A stretch of 63,772 bases of DNA, the filler included, from Lama guanicoe (taxonomy: Eukaryota): assembly GCA_013239625.1 (NCBI GenBank). It is 180 parts of 180 records of this genome, joined end to end, with 100 filler letters (N's around TTAATTAATTAA, not from the genome) between each part and the next. Parts side by side here need not be neighbours in the genome. Positions count along the whole stretch, not along the records: positions 24,826 to 25,080 come from PNXV01049146.1; positions 25,181 to 25,435 come from PNXV01049147.1; positions 25,536 to 25,790 come from PNXV01049148.1; positions 25,891 to 26,145 come from PNXV01049149.1; positions 26,246 to 26,500 come from PNXV01049150.1; positions 26,601 to 26,855 come from PNXV01049151.1; positions 26,956 to 27,210 come from PNXV01049152.1; positions 27,311 to 27,565 come from PNXV01049153.1; 172 more parts are not named here. The stretch is one strand, 5' to 3'. The position numbers and the translations under genes were made by a program. The notes under the pieces were generated by a model. It was not told the origin of the DNA. It saw nothing but the letters and a program-made list of their open reading frames with translations, and searched no databases. Positions 24,726 through 36,793 of this stretch are shown here, in pieces; positions within the stretch are counted from its first letter, which is position 1, and every line of letters starts with the position of its first letter.

Positions 24726-25269
24726 NNNNNNNNNNNNNNNNNNNNNNNNNNNNNNNNNNNNNNNNNNNNTTAATTAATTAANNNNNNNNNNNNNNNNNNN
24801 NNNNNNNNNNNNNNNNNNNNNNNNNGTAAGGCAGACGCCTGGCTGAGAGCCAGGTGGATAAGGAGAACTTGGTGGGTATCTAGCAATAGAGGCCGAGGAC
24901 TCAGCCTCAGGGGGCTGGATAGGAGAGCATGGAACTTCCCATTCCCTTTGCCAGGAACATTCTTTCCTTAGGACTGGACAACACTGGCTTCTTCTCAGTG
25001 GTCAAATATAAGGCGCACACCCCCATGTCATTCATTACTTATCATGTTGTATTTTCTTTGCCACATTTGTTAAGAGCAAANNNNNNNNNNNNNNNNNNNN
25101 NNNNNNNNNNNNNNNNNNNNNNNNTTAATTAATTAANNNNNNNNNNNNNNNNNNNNNNNNNNNNNNNNNNNNNNNNNNNNTGTGATTAATTTGCTAAAGA
25201 GAGAAGAAAGATCTGTCTTGACAAGCATTTATGGTGATGACTTCTTTGAAACAAAACTGGCTTAGGTGA

Positions 25270-25435
25270 GAGTTGCAGATTTGAGCTAACTCGGAGATAG
25301 ATTTTGTTGTGCAGGGTGCTTATTAAGGACAGTCCTTGGGATTAATACTTGTGAAAGGGAGGGAGTGAAGCAGAAGTGGGCAGAAGGAGAAGTCAAGGAT
25401 GCTACTCCAATCATGGTCTCAGCCAGCCCTCTGGG
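25270..25435 (-). mobile_element. ERVL LTR16-like fragment
   Basis: ggagatagattttgttgtgcagg...ttgggattaatacttgtgaaagggaggg..aagcagaagtgggcagaaggagaagt. Confidence 0.55.
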
Positions 25436-25535
25436 NNNNNNNNNNNNNNNNNNNNNNNNNNNNNNNNNNNNNNNNNNNNTTAATTAATTAANNNNNNNNN
25501 NNNNNNNNNNNNNNNNNNNNNNNNNNNNNNNNNNN

Positions 25536-26145
25536 TAATGTGAATACTTAATTCACAAGTCTTCTGTAGGGGTTGAGTTAAAGTTTTCAGAATATGGCCT
25601 GACACATAGTAACCCTAGTAAAATCTATTACTGTTTTGTTGTCTTGCTGTTCTGGCTGCTCATGTTGTTGTTGTTAGGATAATCAAGAAACCAGGAATAA
25701 AAGCAGAAGCTAACAAATTGGCCTGAATCATTTTCCACTGTGAGTTAACATCCAATCAATGAAATACCACATAAAAACCTGAGTATAAAANNNNNNNNNN
25801 NNNNNNNNNNNNNNNNNNNNNNNNNNNNNNNNNNTTAATTAATTAANNNNNNNNNNNNNNNNNNNNNNNNNNNNNNNNNNNNNNNNNNNNTAATGTGAAT
25901 ACTTAATTCACAAGTCTTCTGTAGGGGTTGAGTTAAAGTATTCAGAATACGGCCTGACACATAGTAACCCTAGTAAAATCTATTACTATTTTGTTGTCTT
26001 GCTGTTCTGGATGCTCATGTTGTTGTTGTTAGGATAATCAAGAAACTAGGAATAAAAGCAGAAGCTAACAAATTGGCCTGAATCATTTTCCACTGCGAGT
26101 TAACATCCAATCAATGAAATACCACATAAAAACCTGAGTATAAAA
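25536..26145 (+). repeat. Duplicate contig pair 2 (25536-25790 vs 25891-26145), bubble arms; contains a MIR 3' remnant
   Basis: 6 substitutions, first and last 49 nt identical. Confidence 0.97.
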
Positions 26146-26245
26146 NNNNNNNNNNNNNNNNNNNNNNNNNNNNNNNNNNNNNNNNNNNNTTAATTAATTA
26201 ANNNNNNNNNNNNNNNNNNNNNNNNNNNNNNNNNNNNNNNNNNNN

Positions 26246-26365
26246 GAGATTTGCAAATGTTAGCCACTCTATGTAAAAATAGAGTGAAAAAACAAATTTC
26301 TTCTATAGCACAGGGAACCATATTCAACATCTTGTAATAAACTCTAATAGAAAAGAATATGAAAC
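26246..26365 (+). mobile_element. Cetartiodactyl-type L1 3' terminus
   Basis: gagatttgcaaatgttagccact...tatagcacagggaaccatattcaacatcttgtaataa. Confidence 0.8.
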
Positions 26366-27665
26366 TGACAACCAAAAAAGTTTACGTGTGTAATCATGGT
26401 ATTGAGATTTTAACTTGCAATATTTTTGTTGTTGTTACACTATCGTCAAGTAAATCTTTTTAAAACATTAATACATAGGTCATGACAAACAATAAATGGT
26501 NNNNNNNNNNNNNNNNNNNNNNNNNNNNNNNNNNNNNNNNNNNNTTAATTAATTAANNNNNNNNNNNNNNNNNNNNNNNNNNNNNNNNNNNNNNNNNNNN
26601 TCCAAATATTATTTTCACCTGATCCTAATTCGACACTCTTCTTACTGTTTCTCTCTCCTGGAAGTGGAATGTGACAGTGAAGAGTGGCCCGCGATTTTAT
26701 CCGAGAGCCTGCAGTGGTGTGTTAACATGGAGAGCAGTCTGAGTTCTCAGTCCAAGACAATCCACGTCTACTAAGACGAAACATACCATGTTATAACACT
26801 CCACTAGCAAACAGATTGTAATTTCTTATACAAAACAGGCCTCAGATCAGATTAANNNNNNNNNNNNNNNNNNNNNNNNNNNNNNNNNNNNNNNNNNNNT
26901 TAATTAATTAANNNNNNNNNNNNNNNNNNNNNNNNNNNNNNNNNNNNNNNNNNNNGGAAATAGACTGAGAAACCAAAGTAAAATTTTCTTCTGCAACCCT
27001 TTCCTTTTATGCTGGATGACAAATGTCTCTCCACATGCTTAATACGGAGAGAAAAGTGTGTTTGAAAACCATACCTCAACTAATTTTAAGGGAACATCAA
27101 ATTTCTTGTCAGTTGCATACTACACCGCATATATATATATGGGGAATTTCAAGCTCCAAAGCGGTTTCACATTAAAAAATGCAGGAACTTAAAACTGACA
27201 CTAGGAATCANNNNNNNNNNNNNNNNNNNNNNNNNNNNNNNNNNNNNNNNNNNNTTAATTAATTAANNNNNNNNNNNNNNNNNNNNNNNNNNNNNNNNNN
27301 NNNNNNNNNNTCTATTTGTAATTTAATGAAATATAAGATAGCAGTAACTAGAGAATAACAGTATACCAGTATTTCTGTGTATCAACTGAAAATCTGACAC
27401 AGCCTCATGCTTAAAAGGTAGATGTGAGGAGCGGTCCTTGTAACATGGGACACCGGCTGTGCTGTTTACTGTCATCACCATTGGCAGCACCGTTTTGGAG
27501 AAACCAGAGGCATTGGCAGATAAGAGGAAGGGAAAAGAGATTTAAATGCAGGGAAGAAGGGGCAGNNNNNNNNNNNNNNNNNNNNNNNNNNNNNNNNNNN
27601 NNNNNNNNNTTAATTAATTAANNNNNNNNNNNNNNNNNNNNNNNNNNNNNNNNNNNNNNNNNNNN

Positions 27666-27856
27666 TGACCTCTACGAACAACAGTGACACCGAATACAGC
27701 CAGGTGAGGTGGGGGGGAGTAAGTTAGGAGTTGGGGATTAACATGTGCACAATACTGCACATAAAAGAGATAAACAACAAAGACTTACTGTACAGCACAG
27801 GGAACTACATTCAATGTCTTATAATAACCTATAGTGGAAAAGAGTCTGAAAAATAA
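27666..27856 (+). mobile_element. Cetartiodactyl-type (L1_Art-like) L1 3' terminus
   Basis: ttaggagttggggattaaca...agataaacaacaaagacttactgtacagcacagggaactacattcaa. Confidence 0.85.
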
Positions 27857-27859
27857 TAG

Positions 27860-27920
27860 ATGATAGATAGGTAGATAGATAGATAAGATGAATGGATGGA
27901 TGGATAGATAGATAGATAGA
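27860..27920. repeat. (GATA)n/(GGAT)n compound microsatellite arising from the L1 tail
   Basis: tagataggtagatagatagata...ggatggatggatagatagatagataga. Confidence 0.9.
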
Positions 27921-28730
27921 NNNNNNNNNNNNNNNNNNNNNNNNNNNNNNNNNNNNNNNNNNNNTTAATTAATTAANNNNNNNNNNNNNNNNNNNNNNNN
28001 NNNNNNNNNNNNNNNNNNNNTTTGGATCAGCATAACGATTCATACGATTAAAAATCAAGAAAAATCAGAATTTCCTACCTAAGGCATGATCTTTCACTCA
28101 CCATTCCTGATAGCACAATGGTAAATAACTTATTTTAGAACAAAAGATCTGTTACATTCTATTAAACAAACACCAATCTACTTTAATTTTCATAATGCAT
28201 ATTCATGTTTAATAACACTGAACTGTATTATTTTCATAATATGTTGTAATGCATCATTTATCCGATTTTTTTTTTNNNNNNNNNNNNNNNNNNNNNNNNN
28301 NNNNNNNNNNNNNNNNNNNTTAATTAATTAANNNNNNNNNNNNNNNNNNNNNNNNNNNNNNNNNNNNNNNNNNNNAAATAAATAAATAAATGTGTGTATG
28401 TGTTTGTGGCATGTCAGCTGATCAAGACATTGTTCTATATGTTACTGTCCTACAGTGATTACAGTGATGGATAAAATAGACAAGTGTCCATGAAGTCAAG
28501 GGGTGTATATTCTAGTGGAGTGAGAGGCATAATAAACACAAATATGTCATAAGATTCCATAGGCATGAGTGCTGTGTACAGAAAAGAAGCAAGAAAGGAA
28601 AGAGGGAGTGCCATGATGAGGGGCTGGGGTNNNNNNNNNNNNNNNNNNNNNNNNNNNNNNNNNNNNNNNNNNNNTTAATTAATTAANNNNNNNNNNNNNN
28701 NNNNNNNNNNNNNNNNNNNNNNNNNNNNNN

Positions 28731-28970
28731 ACCGACCTAAGAGAATTCTTGCTGGTGACAGTCCAGGGTGACCAGACATTACCGAGGAGAAGGTGCAGAA
28801 CACGGATCCCAGTCAGATACAGAGGATGGGGGATTTTGGCTAAACTGACTTAACAGGAGTCTTGCTAAAATTAGACAAGGAGAGACGAACACAGAAGCCC
28901 AAAACTCAGGGTCTAGTTGAGAAGAGAGTTCAGAAGAGCCACTCTTAGGTTAAAGGGAGAATTTTTGTCA
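28731..28970 (-). mobile_element. MER31-like ERV1 LTR 5' part
   Basis: ggctaaactgacttaacaggagtcttgctaaaa internal repeat; ends tttgtca (TG start on the minus strand) at 28970. Confidence 0.6.
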
Positions 28971-29087
28971 AGTGTATCCCAGGTGNNNNNNNNNNNNNNN
29001 NNNNNNNNNNNNNNNNNNNNNNNNNNNNNTTAATTAATTAANNNNNNNNNNNNNNNNNNNNNNNNNNNNNNNNNNNNNNNNNNNNTG

Positions 29088-29339
29088 CTTCTCCTCCAGC
29101 TGGATTTCTGTGCCTCCAATGTCATTGATCACTTTGCATGTGACTATTTCCCCCTTTTGCAATTATCTTGCTCAGATACGTGGCTCCTAGAAGTAATGGG
29201 ATTTTACTTTGCTGTGGTTAGTTTGCTGTTCACCTTGGCATTAGTGATTCTGTCTTATATGTACATCATCAGGACTATTCTGAGAATCCCATCTGCCAGT
29301 CAGAGGAAAAAGGCTTTCTCCACGTGTTCCTCTCACATG
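29088..29339 (+). CDS. OR6C3: Olfactory receptor family 6C (OR6C3-like), partial, ECL2 to TM6
   Basis: [86 protein letters not shown] motifs LSCSDT, SY and KAFSTCSSH; frame open across the contig. Confidence 0.9.
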
Positions 29340-29657
29340 ANNNNNNNNNNNNNNNNNNNNNNNNNNNNNNNNNNNNNNNNNNNNTTAATTAATTAANNNN
29401 NNNNNNNNNNNNNNNNNNNNNNNNNNNNNNNNNNNNNNNNTGCCAGCGCACCGGCTTCTGAGCTAGGAGAGCGGGGGCTGTGGGAATCAGTGCCACCTAG
29501 TGGTGACTAAGCGCCTCTACAGTTCAGGAGCGGCGACAGTGACCAGGCGGGCTGGACGGAAGAGCAGATTCTGGGCCCCGCCCCAAGTGAGTCTAATTCC
29601 TAAGGAAGGTGTATGTGTGTTGGGGCGTCCAGGAACCTGCAAATTTAAAAAGCAGTT

Positions 29658-29695
29658 GGGGGCAGGGAATGGCCCAATGGTAGAGCACGTGCTTA
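29658..29695 (+). mobile_element. Vic-1-like tRNA-derived SINE, 5' end (cut by contig end)
   Basis: gggggcagggaatggcccaatggtagagcacgtgctta aligns with 44352-44390; A-rich upstream flank. Confidence 0.7.
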
Positions 29696-30860
29696 NNNNN
29701 NNNNNNNNNNNNNNNNNNNNNNNNNNNNNNNNNNNNNNNTTAATTAATTAANNNNNNNNNNNNNNNNNNNNNNNNNNNNNNNNNNNNNNNNNNNNACAGT
29801 GTCAACAATGGACAGGAGGACGAGAAAAGCGGTGAGACAATTTAGCGTGACAATTTAGTGGTTTGGGTCAAACCGCGAGAGCTGCAATTTGTGCAAAGGC
29901 ACTGCAGACGTGACAGGAGAAATTCACAAGGAGCATATCAGGAACAGTTCATAGGATGAGGGGCAGGAAAGAGTCTATAATTTTAACTTTCTGGCTCGCA
30001 ACCTTGGGTTATTTCATTAAGTCCCCTAAGACACAGGCATGGAAGAGGGGNNNNNNNNNNNNNNNNNNNNNNNNNNNNNNNNNNNNNNNNNNNNTTAATT
30101 AATTAANNNNNNNNNNNNNNNNNNNNNNNNNNNNNNNNNNNNNNNNNNNNTTTTGGAAACCATGAATAACATTGCTCTTGAAGCTTGGTATGTGGTTAAA
30201 TAGGTACTGTTAGGAGAGTAGTGTCTATTGTGACTTTGTATATTTCTACTGTATTTTTAAATTTGGTTTTATTTCTCTTTGTTTTGTTCATGTCTGGTGA
30301 ATCAGTCTGTGAGTGGAACTTTGAGATGTTTGTATGCCTTTAATCTGGTAACATCGAGTATTTCCCAAATAGTTTGTTGAAGTTTTAGATAATTAGAAGT
30401 ATTTCNNNNNNNNNNNNNNNNNNNNNNNNNNNNNNNNNNNNNNNNNNNNTTAATTAATTAANNNNNNNNNNNNNNNNNNNNNNNNNNNNNNNNNNNNNNN
30501 NNNNNAAAAAATCCATCTTTGTCCCCGAAAATCAGCTGCCCGATATTTCAAACTTATTCTACTTATGGACTTTCATAGACTAGAATGTCTTTTGAATTAA
30601 AGTAATAATCATAGTGCCAAGGAGATTTTGGATGGACTTTCTACATCTCTGCATCCTCTTCTGTATAAATATGGAATCAATATTTACCTCATTGCTTACT
30701 TATGTCTTACATTATTCTCTTCTCTTTGTAAATTTTCATTTTCTTTACTTAGCTTTGTTCNNNNNNNNNNNNNNNNNNNNNNNNNNNNNNNNNNNNNNNN
30801 NNNNTTAATTAATTAANNNNNNNNNNNNNNNNNNNNNNNNNNNNNNNNNNNNNNNNNNNN

Positions 30861-31095
30861 ATTATCCTCCCACTCGTGTGTCATGTACCTGGGGGTATGG
30901 GTCTTAACTGTATTGTGTCTTCACTCCTCCTACACATCTTGTTGTGGTTCCTTCTTTGTATCTGTAGTTGTGGAAATATTTTCTGCTAGTCTTCAGGTTG
31001 TTCCCATAGGTAGTTGCTCTGTAAGTGGTTGTGGTTTTGATGTGCCCGTGGGAGGATGTGAGCTCCGAGACCTCCTTGCTCTGACATCTTGGCTG
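30861..31095 (-). mobile_element. L1 5' UTR start, antisense
   Basis: Reverse complement reads ccaagatgtcagagcaagg...gagctcacatcctcccacgggcacatcaaaacc; homologous to about 50775-50840. Confidence 0.65.
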
Positions 31096-31215
31096 CATCC
31101 CTCGAGCCATAAACANNNNNNNNNNNNNNNNNNNNNNNNNNNNNNNNNNNNNNNNNNNNTTAATTAATTAANNNNNNNNNNNNNNNNNNNNNNNNNNNNN
31201 NNNNNNNNNNNNNNN

Positions 31216-31470
31216 AACTGGGTCAGAATTCTACCTTGATAGTTGTTTTTCTCAGCACTTTGACATATTTTCCACTGCCTTTGACATAGACTATGGCTAT
31301 GAGACATGTATTCTCAGTTCATTATTGTCCCTTGGTAATAAACTGGAGATTTTCCTGGTGTTTCAGAGATCCTCTCTTTGATTTTGGCATTTGCAGTTTT
31401 ACTGTCTTGTATCTGGGGGGGGGGTATTTTTTGTCTTCTTTGGGGTGCATTTGTTATTCTTTCCAGATCT
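31216..31470 (-). mobile_element. Ancient L1/HAL1 ORF1-region fragment, antisense
   Basis: agaattcta..ttgatagttgttttttctcagcactttgacatattttccactgcct...tttgcagttttact. Confidence 0.55.
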
Positions 31471-31571
31471 NNNNNNNNNNNNNNNNNNNNNNNNNNNNNN
31501 NNNNNNNNNNNNNNTTAATTAATTAANNNNNNNNNNNNNNNNNNNNNNNNNNNNNNNNNNNNNNNNNNNNG

Positions 31572-31825
31572 TGGCTTTACCGGGTTGTGCATCACCTTGA
31601 CCTCATCCTTTGCCACCAAACCGCTTATCAAGAGGTGTTCAAACCAGAGAACGTTAGCCTGAGGAATGAGCTGCGTGAGGTCTGGGTGAAGCATATGTTC
31701 CTACACCCAGTGGACTATGGGAGGAAGGCTGAGATGCTGCTGTGGAGAAAGATGTACTAGGAAGTTATCCAGCATATTAAGACCAATAAAAAGCATATCC
31801 ACAGCCTGAGAACCTTGTGCCTACA
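31572..31825 (+). pseudogene. SMG5: SMG5 processed pseudogene fragment (N-terminal region)
   Basis: WLYRVVHHLDLILCHQTAYQEVFKPENVSLRNELREVWVKHMFLHPVDYGRKAEMLLWRKMY*EVIQHIKTNKKHIHS vs SMG5 RLYRAVVEAVHRLDLILCNKTAYQEVFKPENISLRNKLRELCVKLMFLHPVDYGRKAEELLWRKVYYEVIQLIKTNKKHIHS; TAG at 31758-31760, 4-codon deletion, late frameshift. Confidence 0.92.
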
Positions 31826-31925
31826 NNNNNNNNNNNNNNNNNNNNNNNNNNNNNNNNNNNNNNNNNNNNTTAATTAATTAANNNNNNNNNNNNNNNNNNN
31901 NNNNNNNNNNNNNNNNNNNNNNNNN

Positions 31926-32535
31926 ATTTTTCTCCCAGTAGATTTTGTCTGTTTTATTCCATACTGTTTCCTTACTGTCTAAGATCATACCTAACATATA
32001 ATATGCACTCATAAAACTAATTTTTTTAGATGAAGCATGCTCTTCATTGTAAGGAATATTACTCTCCTTACAACGAATCCAAAGACACCTGAGGAAGAAC
32101 CCTTTCTTAATTCAAAAAGATAAGAAATATATAAGTAGTAAAATGGTTTTGCTAAAAATGCCAATTGTATTGGTGAAATGNNNNNNNNNNNNNNNNNNNN
32201 NNNNNNNNNNNNNNNNNNNNNNNNTTAATTAATTAANNNNNNNNNNNNNNNNNNNNNNNNNNNNNNNNNNNNNNNNNNNNATTTTTCTCCCAGTAGATTT
32301 TGTCTGTTTTATTCCATACTGTTTCCTTAGTGTCTAAGATCATACCTAACATATATTATGCACTCATAAAATTAATTTTGTTAGATGAAGCATGCTCTTC
32401 ATTGTAAGGAATACTACTCTCCTTACAACGAATCCAAAGACACCTAAGGAAGAACCCTTTCTTAATTCAAAAAGATAAGAAATATGTAAGTAGTAAAATG
32501 GTTTTGCTAAAAATGCCAATTGTATTGGTGAAATG
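31926..32535 (+). repeat. Duplicate contig pair 3 (31926-32180 vs 32281-32535), bubble arms; contains an L2 3' remnant
   Basis: 7 substitutions, first and last 49 nt identical. Confidence 0.97.
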
Positions 32536-34147
32536 NNNNNNNNNNNNNNNNNNNNNNNNNNNNNNNNNNNNNNNNNNNNTTAATTAATTAANNNNNNNNN
32601 NNNNNNNNNNNNNNNNNNNNNNNNNNNNNNNNNNNTACATATATATGGGGATGTACAATCTCCAACGCGGTTTTACAGTGAAAAAGGCAGGAACATGAAA
32701 CCGGCACTAGGAATTAGAGGGAGAAACCAGAGTAAGTGTTTCTCCTTCAAACCGTTCCCTTTGTGCCGGATGAACGAACGTCTCCCCACATGCTCATTTC
32801 TGAGGCATAAGTGCGTGTGAAAGCAGTTCTTACCTAGCAAGAAGGGAACACAAAGTTTCTTTTCAGTTGCAAACACCACTCCATACATNNNNNNNNNNNN
32901 NNNNNNNNNNNNNNNNNNNNNNNNNNNNNNNNTTAATTAATTAANNNNNNNNNNNNNNNNNNNNNNNNNNNNNNNNNNNNNNNNNNNNGCCTCCTTTTCC
33001 ACATCCTGTCCCTGCCTACCTGGGGGTGGGCCTCCCTTCCAGGCAGACTTACCTATTCAGAGCCCCCAGGCTGTTGCAGGCTCTTGTCTAATCAGCCCAA
33101 CCCCCTGGTGCTTCCCCATGGGAAGTTGGAGACTGTTTAACAAGAGCCTCCCAAGGGTCCCAGGATCACTGCTCATGGGTGCCGCATGGAGACCGTCTAC
33201 TCCGGATCAGTCCTGGTGCTAGTGGAGCGGGATGCCCTGGTGCNNNNNNNNNNNNNNNNNNNNNNNNNNNNNNNNNNNNNNNNNNNNTTAATTAATTAAN
33301 NNNNNNNNNNNNNNNNNNNNNNNNNNNNNNNNNNNNNNNNNNNACCCTTCTGATGAGTTTTGCAGCTTTGTTTTACCCATCATGTCTTGTACGAAGTAGG
33401 TATTCAAGAATATTAATGAATAAACATTAATTCAGAAAAGCAGAACTTTGGATTTGTTCCTGGCTACAAAGGCACGCTTAGACTTTTGAGGCAGCTGTTT
33501 GCAAAATAAGTTAACGGATTAGGCATTTTAAAAAAAGTAATAATAATAGCAGCATCAAGAAGCACAGCAAAGGGGGATGGAGAAGATAATAATTTTAANN
33601 NNNNNNNNNNNNNNNNNNNNNNNNNNNNNNNNNNNNNNNNNNTTAATTAATTAANNNNNNNNNNNNNNNNNNNNNNNNNNNNNNNNNNNNNNNNNNNNTT
33701 GTTCTATCATTTGCCCATTTCAAATGGAATTGTTTGTCTTCTTATTTTTGAGTAGTCAGAGTTCGTTATGTATGCTTTGCAATATGTTCTCCCTTTCTGG
33801 ATTTTTCCATGACACTTCTACCTACTACCTCCACTTTATAAAAGGCTAACCAGGAATTTAGGAAAATGGAGAAACTAGCCAGAGGTCATATAATTGGCTG
33901 CAGAGTCTCAAATGCAGGGACTCAAATCCTGTCTCCTGAACCAGGAAGAGCCCNNNNNNNNNNNNNNNNNNNNNNNNNNNNNNNNNNNNNNNNNNNNTTA
34001 ATTAATTAANNNNNNNNNNNNNNNNNNNNNNNNNNNNNNNNNNNNNNNNNNNNATCATTGAATTAAAATATCCAAGTAGTCATTTGTTTCATCTCAACTG
34101 ATCCACACTTGAGTTCAGATGAACAATATCCATAATACTTGTAAGTC

Positions 34148-34288
34148 ATCAATGAGAGAAATTGAAAATAATTGGAATAAATGGGAAGATATTCCATCTA
34201 CATGGATTGGAAGAGTTAATATTTTAAAAATGCCCATATACCCAAAGCAACCTATAGAATTAATGCCATCTTTAATAAAATCCAATGG
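34148..34288 (+). mobile_element. L1 ORF2 fragment (post-RT region)
   Basis: MREIENNWNKWEDIPSTWIGRVNILKMP resembles L1 ORF2 KWKDIPCSWIGRINIVKM, then frameshifts. Confidence 0.9.
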
Positions 34289-35869
34289 CATTCTTCACAA
34301 AAATAGAANNNNNNNNNNNNNNNNNNNNNNNNNNNNNNNNNNNNNNNNNNNNTTAATTAATTAANNNNNNNNNNNNNNNNNNNNNNNNNNNNNNNNNNNN
34401 NNNNNNNNTCCTCCCCAAGCTCAGGATTCCGGAACCATTCTCTGTGCATGGGGGAGCAGGAGAGACCACTCCTCGAAGCTATCTTCAGTAACAGGTGTTC
34501 CCTTTTATAGGGAAGTCCTATAATTACCTTCCCTGTGCATGGGGATGCAGCCGATCCACTGGGCTTTCCAGCACATCCCACTAGCTTTCCCTGGCAGCCA
34601 GACTCATGAAAACACTCAGAGGAGACGACCTAACGATTTCCTTTAGAACCCACGCGCTGCCGANNNNNNNNNNNNNNNNNNNNNNNNNNNNNNNNNNNNN
34701 NNNNNNNTTAATTAATTAANNNNNNNNNNNNNNNNNNNNNNNNNNNNNNNNNNNNNNNNNNNNTGGCCCCTCATCACTGACCATAAAGTGCCGGCAAATC
34801 TGCAAAGCCATCCAGTGACATCAGACATCGGAGGGGCTCACCTCCTTTAGATGATAGGGCAAGGCTGGTGTCTTTTATAGTCATTCAAAGGCAAGCGTTG
34901 AACACTCGAACAATAGATCTAACCCCAAATTTGATCTTGTAGCGAAGTGTGTATTTTTTTTTAAATCACTTGAATAATGGCTCTAGCCAGAAAAACACAT
35001 TTGTTCTAAATTTTATAGNNNNNNNNNNNNNNNNNNNNNNNNNNNNNNNNNNNNNNNNNNNNTTAATTAATTAANNNNNNNNNNNNNNNNNNNNNNNNNN
35101 NNNNNNNNNNNNNNNNNNACTGGAAATGTTTAACCAGGAACTTTATTTTGTCTTTATATTTCTGTATATCAACCAGAGTGATGTATGTGATACATTTTTT
35201 AAATTATCCCTTTTGAAAAACTACATAATATTCAATACTATGGAGCTACTACTGATCATTTAGCCATTTCCAGACTGATGGGAAATAGGGTTGTTTCTCA
35301 TTTCTTGCCACTAGAGGCACTGTAATAAACACCTTAATAGATCATGCGGAAGTAGAAAGGCATCATGTCCCCCNNNNNNNNNNNNNNNNNNNNNNNNNNN
35401 NNNNNNNNNNNNNNNNNTTAATTAATTAANNNNNNNNNNNNNNNNNNNNNNNNNNNNNNNNNNNNNNNNNNNNTTCCTTTCACTCCAATTAGGGGACATT
35501 TATCTGCCAACACCAGATTATAAATTTTTAATGCTTCTGCCTTTATTTTCTCCTCCAGTTTAGCATCCTTATCTTGTCAGTGCAGACGCAAATCACATGT
35601 GTAGTAAATTGAATTGATCTGAGACAAATCACTTGCCATAGCAATGTGCATGGATCTTCACTGGAGAGGTGATCTAGAAAAAAGCTACTTTAAACAAGCC
35701 ATTTTAAGAAGCCTTAACACTGACCATANNNNNNNNNNNNNNNNNNNNNNNNNNNNNNNNNNNNNNNNNNNNTTAATTAATTAANNNNNNNNNNNNNNNN
35801 NNNNNNNNNNNNNNNNNNNNNNNNNNNNTCTTCTATTAGCCAAAATTCCTTTTCAAACCAGAGACTGGG

Positions 35870-36020
35870 GAAAGGAAATCAAAAAATACTTTGGGACAAA
35901 TGAAAATGAAAACACAACCATTCAAAACCTCTGGGACACAGCAAAAGCGGTTCTAAGAGGGAAGTTTATAGCAATACAAGCTATGAAGCTGCTTCTCAGG
36001 AAACAAGAAAAATCTCCAAC
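35870..36020 (+). mobile_element. L1 ORF2 fragment (EN linker region)
   Basis: [36 protein letters not shown]. Confidence 0.92.
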
Positions 36021-36183
36021 CGAAGATTAGGAAGAACCCCAATCAATTTTCTAAGAGATTAAAAACAAAAACAAAAACAAAAANNNNNNNNNNNNNNNNN
36101 NNNNNNNNNNNNNNNNNNNNNNNNNNNTTAATTAATTAANNNNNNNNNNNNNNNNNNNNNNNNNNNNNNNNNNNNNNNNNNNN

Positions 36184-36438
36184 CCAACATCCCAGTCAGC
36201 CGTGAAGGGAGATGCTTTGACCGACCTAGGACCTTGCATTTTCACCCAAACCCTGGTTCATCTCACCCGGGGAAAGGGTTCGGCCACCATCATCATGCTG
36301 GCCGTGAGACCTTGTTTCTCCTTTCATGTTCTGGTCCAAATGTGGACACTTCATCATTCACTGACTTGGTCTCGTTTCAGATAGGCCAAACTTTCTGAAA
36401 GAGTCCATCACATTCTCGGGGGGAACAGAACAGAAGTA
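36184..36438 (+). repeat. Unidentified repeat family, copy B (36302-36438 homologous to 2125-2262)
   Basis: Shared ccttgtttctcctttcatgYtctggtccaaatgtggaca...gagtccatcaYattct..ggaacagaac. Confidence 0.85.
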
Positions 36439-36634
36439 NNNNNNNNNNNNNNNNNNNNNNNNNNNNNNNNNNNNNNNNNNNNTTAATTAATTAANNNNNN
36501 NNNNNNNNNNNNNNNNNNNNNNNNNNNNNNNNNNNNNNCTTGAGGTCCACTATGTGCCAAACACCTTCCTCCATGTGGGGATACGTCGGTAAACTAGTGC
36601 AAATCCTCTCTTGTGCAGCTGGCATTCTACTGCA

Positions 36635-36793
36635 GCAGTGCCCAAAGGGACTTTCTAGGATGAGGGAGATGTGTGTCTGTAGTGTCGTTTACAGTAGCTG
36701 TAATACTCTGAACACCTTTGAGCACTTGAAATGTGGCTAGTGTAACAGAGGAATCTCTAACTTTATTAATTTTAAAATTTAAATAGCCAAATG
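36635..36793. mobile_element. MER3 (hAT-Charlie MITE) fragment
   Basis: ttgagcacttgaaatgtggctagtgtaacagaggaa...aaatttaaatagcca. Confidence 0.75.
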
